Assembly: GCA_035623795.1 (NCBI GenBank)
Contig: DASPST010000104.1
Location: 5,366-69,365, forward strand
DNA: 64,000 nt
Source: Terriglobales bacterium
GTDB taxonomy: Bacteria; Acidobacteriota; Terriglobia; Terriglobales; Acidobacteriaceae
Reading direction: 5' to 3'
Part shown: piece by piece, positions 36,843-46,681 of the stretch
Layout of the letters: each line of letters starts with the position of its first letter
How positions within the stretch are numbered: position 1 is the stretch's first letter
Translations under genes and position numbers: made by a program
The notes under the pieces: generated by a model
What the model was told of the DNA's origin: nothing
The model's input: the letters and a program-made list of their open reading frames with translations, nothing else
Databases searched by the model: none

Positions 36843-38252
36843 ATGGCACCGAGAAAATTTGTGTTTCTGGCCTTGATCCTGGTGATAGCGCCTTCGGGCA
36901 TGCTTTTCACCCAGGGTACGCAGGCAATCGTTGACCTCATCGTCAGTGGCGGCACGCTCGTGACCATGGACTCGGCTCGAACCATCCTGCCTGATGGTGC
37001 CGTGGCCGTGCTGGGGGATTCGATCGTGGCAGTCGGGCCCCGACGCGAGGTCGAGACGAAGTACAGGGGCGTGCAGACCATCAAGGCCCAGGGCGCGTTG
37101 GTGCTGCCCGGATTCATCAACGGGCATACGCATGTGCCGATGACGCTGTTCCGCGGGCTGCACGATGATGTCACGCTTAACGACTGGCTCTACAAGTACA
37201 TCTTCCCTGCCGAAGCCAAGAACGTGAACGAAGAGTTCGTTCGCTGGGGCACACGCCTGGCAGCGGCCGAGCAGATCCGATTCGGGGTGACGACGTTCGC
37301 CGACATGTACTACTTCGAGGACGCGGTGGCCGAAGAGACCAAGGCGGCGGGCATGCGCGGAGTGCTGGGGGAAACGTTCATCGACTTCCCTGCCCCGGAC
37401 AACAAAACCCACGCCGAGGCGCTGGCCTACACCGACCGCTTCCTCAAGCGATGGCAAGGTAACCCGCTGATTCACGCGGCCGTAGCTCCGCACTCGATCT
37501 ACACCTGCTCGCAGCAGACCCTGGAGCACGCGGCGGCACTGGCGCGGCAGTATCATGCACCCATCCTGATCCACGTGGCCGAGATGAGGAAAGAATGGCA
37601 GGACAGCGAGGCGCAGAATGGCATGTCGCCGGTGGCTTACCTCGACAAGCTCGGCGTGCTGGGGCCTGACGTGGTGGCGGCGCACTGTATCTTTGCGGAT
37701 GGGTCGGACCGCAAAATCCTGGCCGAACGCCAGGTTGGGTGCGTGCACAATCCGTCCAGCAACATGATGCTGGCCAGCGGTGTCTCGCCAGTGCCGGAGA
37801 TGCGTGCCGCCGGGGTGGCCGTCGGATTGGGCACGGACGGGCCCGCAGGCAGCAACAACGATCTTGACCTGATGGAAGAGATGGACCTGGCGGCCAAGCT
37901 GGCCAAGATCTCGAAGATGGATCCCCTGGCGCTCAACGCCAAGGCCGTGGTGGAGATGGCGACCATCGACGGCGCGCGCGCCTTGCACCTCGAGAAAGAA
38001 ATCGGCTCGCTCGAAGCGGGCAAGAAAGCCGACATCGTTCTCATCAGCCTGGACGAGCCCAACGCCGTGCCCATGTATGACACTTACGCGGCGCTGGCCT
38101 ACGCCCTCAAAGGCAACGATGTGGAGACGGTAGTGATCGGTGGGCGAGTGGTGATGCGCGACCGAAAAGTGCTGACGGTGAACGAAGCGGAGGTGCTAGC
38201 CAAGGCACGGGTGTACCAGAAGGCGGTGGCGCGGTCGTTGGGGATGGAGTAG
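36843..38252 (+). CDS. amidohydrolase family protein (TRZ/ATZ, MtaD/SsnA-like deaminase fold), with signal peptide
   Basis: VLPGFINGHTHVPM metal-binding HxH motif, HVAE, GLGTDG and the NNDLD tail. GGAG precedes ATG 36843. Confidence 0.8.
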   Translation: MAPRKFVFLALILVIAPSGMLFTQGTQAIVDLIVSGGTLVTMDSARTILPDGAVAVLGDSIVAVGPRREVETKYRGVQTIKAQGALVLPGFINGHTHVPMTLFRGLHDDVTLNDWLYKYIFPAEAKNVNEEFVRWGTRLAAAEQIRFGVTTFADMYYFEDAVAEETKAAGMRGVLGETFIDFPAPDNKTHAEALAYTDRFLKRWQGNPLIHAAVAPHSIYTCSQQTLEHAAALARQYHAPILIHVAEMRKEWQDSEAQNGMSPVAYLDKLGVLGPDVVAAHCIFADGSDRKILAERQVGCVHNPSSNMMLASGVSPVPEMRAAGVAVGLGTDGPAGSNNDLDLMEEMDLAAKLAKISKMDPLALNAKAVVEMATIDGARALHLEKEIGSLEAGKKADIVLISLDEPNAVPMYDTYAALAYALKGNDVETVVIGGRVVMRDRKVLTVNEAEVLAKARVYQKAVARSLGME

Positions 38253-38417
38253 GAGCAAGTTGTCGGGCCAGAGGCCTTCCCACCCTTCCAAAAAAAGCAA
38301 GGGATGGCATGGTTCTATTCTAGGAAGGACTTCCGCCCGGTCCTTACTGGGACTGCAAAACTACAGCGTCATGCCAAGATGGCTCGCGCGAGCGTCTTCT
38401 AACGACAGGCCGCCGGC

Positions 38418-40493
38418 GTGCGCGCCCTCCCGTGCGTTAGACTGTCGACTAGGACATACTCCAAGGATTCTCTGGAATTGAGCCAGACTGTCTTCATCGA
38501 GCCGACCGCGTCGTCGGTTCATGCCTCGTCGCCACACGGCAGATTTCCCTATCTTGCCCTGGTGCTCATCTTCACGTTGGTCTATTTCGTATCCCTCTTT
38601 CCTCCGGCGCTGTTGGACGATGCGGACAGCACCCATGCCGAGGCGGCGCGCGAGATGTTCGTGAGCGGGAACTACGTCACTTTGCAGGTGAACGGAATCC
38701 GGTATCTGGAGAAGGCTCCTCTTCCCTACTGGCTGGCGGCCGTTGGCTATCGGATTTTTGGGGTTAACGAGTTCGCCGCTCACCTGCCGAACGTGCTCGC
38801 CGTGCTGCTGCTGGGAGTGCTGGGGCTGGTCTGGGGGCGATGGGCGTTCGGCGAGCGCGGCGGGATCTACGCTGCGCTGTTCTTGTTCACCTGCACCGGG
38901 ATGTATCTGTTTACCCGCATCTTCATTCCCGATGCGCTGCTCAGCCTGCTGATCAGCGCGGCGCTTTACTTTTTCCTCACGGCCCTTGAGCCCGGCGAGC
39001 GACGCTGGCGCTGGTATGCCGGGTACGCGTCGGTCGCGCTGGCGGTGCTGGCCAAGGGACTGGTGGCGTTGGTGTTTGTGGGGGTTACGGCAATCCTCTT
39101 TGTGGCGATTACAGGCGACTGGCGGCGGTGGCGGGAGTTCCGGCTGTTCACAGGGCTGCTGCTGTTGTTTGCGATCGCAGCGCCGTGGCACATTCTGGCG
39201 GGGCTGCGGAATCCCCGGTTCTTCTGGTTTTATTTTGTAAACGAGCACGTTCTGCGATTTCTGGGGAAGCGGTACCCGCGTGACTACAACAAGCTTCCGG
39301 CGACTCTGTATTGGACACTGCACCTGGTATGGCTGTTTCCGTGGAGCTTCTACCTGCCGGTGCTGCTGGCAGGGGTGCGGGCACGACGAACTTCGGTGGC
39401 TAAAGCCCCTCCATCCTCGGGCCCGATCGGCCCGGCGGGAGCCTTCCCAGCTGTGGGCCTCGCAGGTGCAGCGCGCCTGGGTTCACAGACGGCCGTGGAG
39501 GCCTCTCCCGTCCCTCCCAGGGATCCGGACGCGCGTCCGCTTCGGTTAGGTCGGGTGGAAAAGGACGGGCACTTCCTCGGGCCGGTTGCCGAGAGCGATT
39601 CCAGCAGGTTTGCCGCGCGGACTCGACTGCTGTGCTGGCTTCTGGCGGGCTTCGTTCTGGTGTTCTTTGCCATTTCCACCAACCAGGAGTACTACACGCT
39701 CCCGGCCTACCTGCCCCTGTTTCTGTTGCTAGCAGACGGACTGGTGCGCCGGGAGGCGGTGGAGACCGCCGCGAGCGGGGGGCAGTGGCTCTGGATGTCG
39801 ACTGCGGCGCTGGCTGTCATCGGGGTCCTCGGCAGTGTTGCCTTGTTCGCCGGGTTGTGGTTATCACGGAAGCTGCCGTTTGTACCGGACATCGGAGAGC
39901 TTCTGGCCCGGCACAACCTCTCCACGGACACGCTTTCCATGTCGCACATGCTGGATCTTAGCTGGCAGTCGTTTGCCGCGCTACGGCTGCCGGCGGTGCT
40001 GGCTGGCGCAACGCTCATCGTCGCCTCGGTGCTTTCCCTCGTACTGCGCTGGCGCGGGCGCCACTACGCAGCAACCTGGACATGGGGCTGGGGGATGGCG
40101 GTCGTGCTGCTCGCGGCGTTTATCGCGTTTGGGCGATTTTCTCCCTATCTCTCGTCCAAGCAGCTGGCGACGGCGATTGCGGCACGGGCGGGGCCGCAAG
40201 ACAAGATCTTGATCTACGGCGACCAGTCGTTTGGTTCGTCGCTGCTGTTTTATCTGCGCCGGCCCGTTGCCTTGGTGAACGGGCGAAGTTCGTCGATGTG
40301 GTTCGGTTCGACGTATCCGGACGCGCCGCGGATTTTCCTGAGCGACGCAGACGTGCTCGAAGAGTGGGCTGGCCATGGCAGAGTTTTCCTGTTTGTTCCT
40401 CCGCACCTCAATGCGAAGGTCGAAGCACTGTTGCCACGCCGGTTTGTTATCGCCCAGGCCTCAGGGAAAACCGTCTATAGCAATCAGCCGTAG
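38418..40493 (+). CDS. glycosyltransferase family 39 (ArnT/PMT-like) membrane protein
   Basis: LLDDADSTHAEAAREM....G......G..YLEKAPLPYWL and FG.NEFAAHLPNVL N-terminal signatures, with many TM helices. It carries a long low-complexity loop at about residues 310-400. The start is uncertain. Confidence 0.75.
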   Translation: MRALPCVRLSTRTYSKDSLELSQTVFIEPTASSVHASSPHGRFPYLALVLIFTLVYFVSLFPPALLDDADSTHAEAAREMFVSGNYVTLQVNGIRYLEKAPLPYWLAAVGYRIFGVNEFAAHLPNVLAVLLLGVLGLVWGRWAFGERGGIYAALFLFTCTGMYLFTRIFIPDALLSLLISAALYFFLTALEPGERRWRWYAGYASVALAVLAKGLVALVFVGVTAILFVAITGDWRRWREFRLFTGLLLLFAIAAPWHILAGLRNPRFFWFYFVNEHVLRFLGKRYPRDYNKLPATLYWTLHLVWLFPWSFYLPVLLAGVRARRTSVAKAPPSSGPIGPAGAFPAVGLAGAARLGSQTAVEASPVPPRDPDARPLRLGRVEKDGHFLGPVAESDSSRFAARTRLLCWLLAGFVLVFFAISTNQEYYTLPAYLPLFLLLADGLVRREAVETAASGGQWLWMSTAALAVIGVLGSVALFAGLWLSRKLPFVPDIGELLARHNLSTDTLSMSHMLDLSWQSFAALRLPAVLAGATLIVASVLSLVLRWRGRHYAATWTWGWGMAVVLLAAFIAFGRFSPYLSSKQLATAIAARAGPQDKILIYGDQSFGSSLLFYLRRPVALVNGRSSSMWFGSTYPDAPRIFLSDADVLEEWAGHGRVFLFVPPHLNAKVEALLPRRFVIAQASGKTVYSNQP

Positions 40494-40558
40494 GACATCA
40501 GGGAGTGGGGTCGCGGGATCCCGATCTCCAGACACGGCTTCCTGCTTGGTTCCCTTCC

Positions 40559-41311
40559 CTAATCCCGGCTTCGGAGTTTCGTCAGCAGTCGCAGGATCTC
40601 AAGATACAGCCAGATCAGGGTGACCATGAGTCCGAAGGCGCCATACCACTCCATGTAGCGGGGTGCACCGGCGCGAACACCGGACTCTATGAAATCGAAG
40701 TCGAGCACGAGATTCAGTGCAGCCACGATCACGATCACCAGGCTGATGCCGATACTGAGCGGGCTCGATCCCCAGAGCGACGGGAAGCGCACGCCGAAGA
40801 ACCCCAAGAGCATGGTGACGAGGTAAAACACCATGATCCCGCCGGTGGCTGCGACCACCCCGAGGCGAAACTTATCCGTCACACGGATTACGCCGGAGCG
40901 GTAAGCGAGAAGGAGAGCGAACAGGGTGCCGAACGTGAGGGCGACGGCCTGCATGGGGACGCCGGGATAGCGTGCTTCCAGAACGGCCGAGACGCCGCCG
41001 AGAACCAGTCCTTCGAGCAGCGCATAGATTGGTGCCGTAACCGAAGACCATTCCTTCTTGAAGACGGTGACCAGGGCGACGATGAGGCCGCCGATGCTTC
41101 CGATCCCCACGAAACCCATGACCTCTGCTGGATTTCCAGAGTTGAGGAAGCGGTTCCACGTCCAGGCGGCGGTGGCGATCACGCAGACCAGCAGGATTCC
41201 GGTCTTGTTCACAGTTCCCGAGAGGGTCATGGAATCGCCCAGCACCGCGCCTCCCACCTGGAAGGCTTTCTGACTCAGGGCCGGATTGGACGTTCGTAAG
41301 AGATCAGCCAT
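40559..41311 (-). CDS. Bax inhibitor-1 / YccA family membrane protein
   Basis: MADLLRTSNPALS N-terminus and seven hydrophobic helices. GGAGA precedes ATG 41311. Confidence 0.75.
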   Translation of the reverse strand: MADLLRTSNPALSQKAFQVGGAVLGDSMTLSGTVNKTGILLVCVIATAAWTWNRFLNSGNPAEVMGFVGIGSIGGLIVALVTVFKKEWSSVTAPIYALLEGLVLGGVSAVLEARYPGVPMQAVALTFGTLFALLLAYRSGVIRVTDKFRLGVVAATGGIMVFYLVTMLLGFFGVRFPSLWGSSPLSIGISLVIVIVAALNLVLDFDFIESGVRAGAPRYMEWYGAFGLMVTLIWLYLEILRLLTKLRSRD

Positions 41312-41606
41312 TCGTATCTCCGATAACAACGATATTCATCGATCTGTGTTGTCGATGTACGGAAGCCGGATCACCAAATGCAAGGACACGTTCCTATCCT
41401 GCAAATTCCGGTAGAGTTTCTCTACGCTTGGGACCAAGCTGCCGTTGCCTTAAGGCGGAAGCCTCGAACCGAGAGGGCCCGGCTGACGCCGCGCCCTTGC
41501 AAAGCGATAGCCAACATAAGCAAATTACGCCACAACCGGCGATTCGTCCACCGGGCGGGACGGCGTCCATCAGCCGCCTGCTCAGGACAGGCAGCCGGCG
41601 CTACCC

Positions 41607-42146
41607 TCAGGCGCGCACTTTCTGGCTGAACTTCTTCTCAAGTTTTCGCAGCTTTGGGGCGATGATGAACTGGCAATAGGGCTGGGTCGCATTGTTGTCG
41701 TAGTACTGCTGGTGGTAGTCCTCGGCCACATAGAAAGTCCCGGCGGGTTCTACGGCAGTCACGATTGGCTCGGGAAAAACGTGGCTGGCGTTCAGCTCCG
41801 CGATGGCATCCTCGGCTTCGCGCTCCTGCTCTTCACTGGTGTAGAAAATCGCGGAACGGTATTGCTCGCCTACGTCGCTTCCCTGCCGGTTCAGTGTGGT
41901 TGGATCGTGGATGGAGAAGAAGATATCGAGGAGATCGCGATAACGGATGACTGCAGGATCGAACTTCACGCGCACGACTTCGACGTGACCGGTGTCGCCT
42001 CCGCAAACCTGGCGATAGGTGGGATTCTCGACGTTTCCCCCCATGAAGCCCGACTCCACTGAACTGACTCCTTCCAGCCGGCTGAACACCGCCTCGACGC
42101 ACCAGAAACAACCTCCGCCAAATACTGCTGTCTGTTCGTTCCGCAT
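41607..42146 (-). CDS. msrA: peptide-methionine (S)-S-oxide reductase
   Basis: AVFGGGCFWCVEAVF active-site motif and GHVEVVRV.FDP. An alternative start lies at 42185. Confidence 0.9.
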   Translation of the reverse strand: MRNEQTAVFGGGCFWCVEAVFSRLEGVSSVESGFMGGNVENPTYRQVCGGDTGHVEVVRVKFDPAVIRYRDLLDIFFSIHDPTTLNRQGSDVGEQYRSAIFYTSEEQEREAEDAIAELNASHVFPEPIVTAVEPAGTFYVAEDYHQQYYDNNATQPYCQFIIAPKLRKLEKKFSQKVRA

Positions 42147-42337
42147 GCGTATTGGATGTCTGTGCCTTGGGAAAGTTTCCGGCATTCCCCTGAATCAATT
42201 GGCCTCACGGCATCCTTCCTCTCTGCTGACTACAGAGGGAGGAGCTGCCGACTCTAAAGGGGGGTCCCCCAGTTGCATCCGCAAACGCCCCACCGCGTAA
42301 GCCCTTCTGTCTGCTGCCATGTTGGAGGCTGGAGCTG

Positions 42338-45300
42338 CTAGACAACAAAGTACTTGGCCGCGGGGTGGTGCACGACGATCGCCGAGGTTGATTGTTCGGG
42401 TTCGAGCAGAAAACCGCTGGTAAGGCGCACGCCAACGTTTTCTTCAGGGTGGAGCAGCACGAATAGCTTGGTCTGATCCTCCAGGTTCGGGCAGGCCGGA
42501 TACCCGAACGAATACCTTGAGCCGCGGTATTTCTGATGGAACAGGTCGCGGGTGTGAGGCGAGTCCTCGCCGGCGATGCCCAACTCCTGTCGCATGGTGC
42601 GGTGATGGTACTCAGCCAGGGCTTCCGCGGTCTCGACGCTGAGCCCGTGCAGGTAGAGATATTTTGTGTATTCGCCAGCTTCAAAAAGGCGTTGTGTCTC
42701 CCGGCTGGCGCGAGATCCGATGGTTACCAGAGAGAGGCCCAGGACGTCCATCCTGCCTGAGCTTCTCGCCGCGAAGAAGTCGGAAATACAGAGCCTGCGG
42801 CCAACCTTCTGGCGGGGGAAGTTGAACCGCAACAACTCCGGCACGGCGGTGGTCCCGGCGGCCGCCGCGTCGGGGGAGTACACGATGAGATCGTTGCCCT
42901 CGCTCTGGGCGGGGAGATATCCGTACACGACGTTTGGCTCGAACAACCCGGCGGCAATGACTTCCTCCTGGAGTTGGGCCTTGAGGGGACGGAATTTCTC
43001 CTCCACCAAGCGCAAATAGTCTTCCTGGGAAGCGGTCTTCAATTGCCACTGGTTCTTGAACAGGGCGGTGTCATTGATGAAGGAGAACAGCTCGCGTAAG
43101 TCGAAATCCTTCTTCACCCGCACGCCCCAGAACGGTGGTGACGGGATGTTGGGCGGGTCGCCCACCACTGGACTGCGCTCGACGAAGACGGGGCCGGTTT
43201 CCTCGTCGACGGCGGCAGCCTTGGCATATTCCTTCACGCTCCGTCCTTCGCTGAGCCGGGCCTCGCGCTTTCCATCGGAAGCCGCCAGATCCTCCATGAT
43301 GTGCAGGCCGGCAAAGGCGTCGTCGGCATAGAAGACACCCCTGGCATACTCCCGGCGCAGGTCATCTTCCACGTACTTTCGGGTAAGGGCGGCGCCACCG
43401 CAGATGACGGGAAAGTCCAGTTGCTGCCGCTCGAGATCCTGGATGACGTACTTCATTTCCAGCGTCGACTTCACCAGCAGGCCACTGAGGCCTATCGCAT
43501 CCGCGCGGTGCTGCTGCGCCGCCTTGATGATGGTGTCGCCCGGCTGCTTGATCCCCAGGTTGACGACCTTGAAGCCGTTGTTCGAGAGGATGATGTCAAC
43601 CAGGTTCTTGCCGATGTCGTGCACGTCTCCCTTGACCGTGGCAAGGACGATGGTGCCTTTCTGCGAGCCGGACTTCTTCTCCATCTTCGGCTCGAGATAG
43701 GCCACTGCCTGTTTCATGACGCCCGCCGAGTCGAGCACCGAGGGCAGCTGCATCTTGCGCGCCCCGAACAAGTCGCCCACGGTCTTCATGCCGTCGAGCA
43801 ATACGGTGTTGATCAGGTCCAAGGCTGAATATTGCGCCAGCGCCTCTTCCAGCAACTCTTCGAGCGATTTCTTCTGGAGGCCCTCGCCTACCGACTTCTC
43901 CCCGTTGATAATGGCAAACTTCAGCTTGTCCTCCACCGAGAGCGTCTCCAGGTGCGCGGTCGTTGCCGTCTGCGGTTTGCCTTTCATCCCGGCAAAGTGG
44001 GCCATGTAGACCTGGAGCGGGTCGCCGTTGGACTGGTCGCGATAGATGAGCTTTCTGGCAAGCTCAACTTCTTGCTGAGGAATTTTGTACAAAGGATAGA
44101 TTTTGCTGTAGTTGACGATGGCAATATCGAGGCCATTGTCGACCGCTTCGTGCATGAAGACGCTGTTCAAGACGCGGCGGGAGTAAACATCGAGGCCGAA
44201 CGAGATATTGCTTACGCCCAGGATGGTGTGAACCTCGGGCAGCGCCTGCTTGATACCTTTGACTGCCTTCAAGGTCTCGACGCCAGCCGTCCGGTACTCT
44301 TCTTGGCCGGTGGAGATAGGCAGGGTCAGAGCGTCAAAGATCAGGTCCACCGGGCGTATGCCGTATTTTTGTGTGGCCAGATCATAGATGCGCTTGGCGA
44401 TGGCGATCTTCTTCTCTGCGACCAAGGCCATCCCATCCTCATCGATGGTGAGAGCGATAACGGCAGCGCCGTAGCGCTTGGCCATGGGTAGAACCTTGGA
44501 GGTGCGCTTCTCACCGTCTTCGAGGTTGATGGAGTTGATGATCGCCTTTCCGGGAATACGCTTCAGCGCCTCTTCGACGACGTCGGCTTCGGTCGAATCC
44601 ACCAGGATGGGCGCGGGCACACGCGTGGCTATCTTCTCCAGGACGGAGGTCATGTAGCCTTTCTCGTCCTCTCCGACGATGGCGCAGCACAGATCCAGCA
44701 TGTGCGAGCCCTCGTTCACCAGGCGCTTGGCAAGCGCGAGGATGTTGTCATACTGCTTGCCGCGCACCAGGTTGCGGAAGTGCTCCACTCGGGTGGTGGT
44801 GTTCATTTCCTCAGCCCCGATAAGGGGCTTCGGTTCAAGATCAAGCGGAACTGAAGTGTAGGCGCTGGAAACTGCGCCCACGGGCTTGACCTCGCGCTTG
44901 GCGGGTTCGATGCCAGCGACTGCCTCGACTACAGCTTTCAGGTGTTCGGGCTTGGTTCCACAACAGCCGCCCACGATCCGCACCCCGTAATCTTGAACGA
45001 AGTGTTTGTGGTATCGCGCTAGTTCCTGGGGGGTGAGGCTGTAGACGGCATGTCCACCCTCATTCTGCGGAAGGCCGGCGTTGGGCAGGACAGAAACGTG
45101 CTTCGTGGAATTGAGGCCCAGGTAGCGCACCGCATCGTTCATCTCGGCCGGGCCGGTCGCGCAATTCAAGCCGATGATGTCGACATCGAACGGTTCCAGC
45201 GCCGTTAAGGCAGCGCCGATTTCCGTTCCCAGCAGCATTGTGCCTGACTCCTGCAGCGTGACCTGAACCGCTACCGGCAGCCGCTTGCCTGCCTTGCGCA

Positions 45301-45826
45301 AGGCCTCCAGCACACCGACCGCTGCAACTTTCGCTTGCAGCAGGTCTTGCGCGGTCTCAATCAGGAGCACGTCCACTCCACCTGCAATCAGCGCCAAGGC
45401 TTGCTCTTCGTAGGCGGCCGCCATTTCGTCGAAACCGATGTGGCCCAAGGAGGGCAACTTGGTCGTCGGGCCGATCGAGCCGGCTACAAAGCGCGGCTTG
45501 TCTCTGGTCGAAAACTGTTGCGCCATTTCCCGCGCAAGCTGCGCCGCTTTGGTGTTGATTTCAGATACCCGGTCCTGCAGACCGAATTCACCCAAGACGA
45601 TACGAGTTCCGCCGAAGGTGTTGGTCTCCACCACATCACAACCGACCTGCAGGAACGAAGCGTGAATGTCTCGGACGATATCCGGACGGCTGAGCACCAG
45701 CACCTCGCTGCAATTTTCCTTGCCCCAGTAATCGTCCACACTGGGATTGCGGAGCTGGATGTTGGTGCCCATTGCGCCGTCGTAGATCACAACGCGCTCG
45801 TTCACGGTCTGGAGAAAATCAAACAT
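42338..45826 (-). CDS. metH: methionine synthase, cobalamin-dependent
   Basis: Four modules. Hcy-binding (YDGAMGT...GGCCGT), pterin-binding, B12-binding (ATVKGDVHDIGKN) and the AdoMet activation domain. ATG 45826 chosen. Confidence 0.95.
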   Translation of the reverse strand: MFDFLQTVNERVVIYDGAMGTNIQLRNPSVDDYWGKENCSEVLVLSRPDIVRDIHASFLQVGCDVVETNTFGGTRIVLGEFGLQDRVSEINTKAAQLAREMAQQFSTRDKPRFVAGSIGPTTKLPSLGHIGFDEMAAAYEEQALALIAGGVDVLLIETAQDLLQAKVAAVGVLEALRKAGKRLPVAVQVTLQESGTMLLGTEIGAALTALEPFDVDIIGLNCATGPAEMNDAVRYLGLNSTKHVSVLPNAGLPQNEGGHAVYSLTPQELARYHKHFVQDYGVRIVGGCCGTKPEHLKAVVEAVAGIEPAKREVKPVGAVSSAYTSVPLDLEPKPLIGAEEMNTTTRVEHFRNLVRGKQYDNILALAKRLVNEGSHMLDLCCAIVGEDEKGYMTSVLEKIATRVPAPILVDSTEADVVEEALKRIPGKAIINSINLEDGEKRTSKVLPMAKRYGAAVIALTIDEDGMALVAEKKIAIAKRIYDLATQKYGIRPVDLIFDALTLPISTGQEEYRTAGVETLKAVKGIKQALPEVHTILGVSNISFGLDVYSRRVLNSVFMHEAVDNGLDIAIVNYSKIYPLYKIPQQEVELARKLIYRDQSNGDPLQVYMAHFAGMKGKPQTATTAHLETLSVEDKLKFAIINGEKSVGEGLQKKSLEELLEEALAQYSALDLINTVLLDGMKTVGDLFGARKMQLPSVLDSAGVMKQAVAYLEPKMEKKSGSQKGTIVLATVKGDVHDIGKNLVDIILSNNGFKVVNLGIKQPGDTIIKAAQQHRADAIGLSGLLVKSTLEMKYVIQDLERQQLDFPVICGGAALTRKYVEDDLRREYARGVFYADDAFAGLHIMEDLAASDGKREARLSEGRSVKEYAKAAAVDEETGPVFVERSPVVGDPPNIPSPPFWGVRVKKDFDLRELFSFINDTALFKNQWQLKTASQEDYLRLVEEKFRPLKAQLQEEVIAAGLFEPNVVYGYLPAQSEGNDLIVYSPDAAAAGTTAVPELLRFNFPRQKVGRRLCISDFFAARSSGRMDVLGLSLVTIGSRASRETQRLFEAGEYTKYLYLHGLSVETAEALAEYHHRTMRQELGIAGEDSPHTRDLFHQKYRGSRYSFGYPACPNLEDQTKLFVLLHPEENVGVRLTSGFLLEPEQSTSAIVVHHPAAKYFVV

Positions 45827-46015
45827 ACCCTTCCAGCTGCTAGCTCCCCCCGCACATCGCGGGCGCGCCTGCAAGGGGCGCTTTTCTCACCGCCAACCGG
45901 GTTGTGGCCCGTCCAAACCGGCCACTCTAGAGCAATATGCCAACGACCTTCTCTATACACGAACGCCGGCCCCCGTTTCGGGACCGGCGTCGGATTCCTG
46001 GATCAGAACTTGAGC

Positions 46016-46546
46016 TTACTCTCCTGGAAGCACCGCCGCCGGGGCCCCGGCCTGAACTTCGGCCTGGTTGAAGACGAGGTTGGCTCCCATGTGAGCTGGC
46101 GCGGGCGCCAGCATCTGCTCCTTCCGGTAGATCAGGTTGCTGGCGTTGAAGGATGCCAGTTCGAACCCATGACCGTGCGTGATCGCATCGGTGGGGCACG
46201 CTTCCACGCAGTAGCCGCAGAAGATGCACCGGTTGTAGTCGATGTTATAAACCTTAGCGTAGCGCTCGGCGCCGCTCACGCGCTCGGTTTCGGTGTTCTC
46301 CGCGGCTTCGATGTAGATGCAATTCGCGGGGCAGGCGGCGGCGCACAAAAAGCAGGCAACGCACTTCTCCAGGCCGTTCTCGTCCCGCTGGAGCACGTGC
46401 ATGCCCCGAAACCGTTCCTGGAAGCGCGCGCCCTTTAAGGGACCCGGTCCGTCCGGATAGTTCTCGACCTGCGTCGGTTGAAACATCTCCTTAAAGGTGA
46501 TGCTCATTCCCTTGGCGATCGCCGCGACATTTTTAAACACTTGCAT
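46016..46546 (-). CDS. nuoI: NADH-quinone oxidoreductase subunit I-like 2x[4Fe-4S] protein, stand-alone copy 2
   Basis: AKGMSITFKEMF....ENYPD NuoI-type N-terminus. CVACFLCAAACP and CIFCGYCVEACP motifs. Same strand as metH and directly upstream of it. Confidence 0.75.
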   Translation of the reverse strand: MQVFKNVAAIAKGMSITFKEMFQPTQVENYPDGPGPLKGARFQERFRGMHVLQRDENGLEKCVACFLCAAACPANCIYIEAAENTETERVSGAERYAKVYNIDYNRCIFCGYCVEACPTDAITHGHGFELASFNASNLIYRKEQMLAPAPAHMGANLVFNQAEVQAGAPAAVLPGE

Positions 46547-46681
46547 GAATCATCAGTATACCCAAAGCCGGCAAGGGACGCGAAGCCGTCACGGTCGGGC
46601 GGGATTACCATGTGGACGGCGACGCATCCTTCGCTTACGATGGCACATCTAAGCGCCTGTCTCTGGTCGCCTTCTGCCAAT

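Noticed and set aside
36690-37988. 432-aa ORF on the minus strand
   Set aside because: It is antisense to the well-supported amidohydrolase gene (36843-38252). Its translation is Arg/His/Gly-rich and low in complexity. This is a typical high-GC shadow ORF.
34014-38300. Considered tRNA-Ser as the integration site of a genomic island
   Set aside because: There is no integrase and no repeat of the tRNA 3' end downstream. The following genes (acyltransferase, serine hydrolase, amidohydrolase, GT39) have the same composition as the surrounding chromosome.
38361-39323. 320-aa minus-strand ORF
   Set aside because: It is antisense shadow of the GT39 membrane protein gene, with a Gln/Arg/Pro-rich nonsense-like sequence.
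40505-41299. 264-aa plus-strand ORF
   Set aside because: It is antisense shadow of the Bax-inhibitor/YccA-family gene, whose seven hydrophobic helices and ribosome-binding site are far more convincing.
45335-46438. 367-aa plus-strand ORF spanning the metH 5' end and nuoI copy 2
   Set aside because: It is antisense to two well-supported genes and crosses their intergenic spacer.
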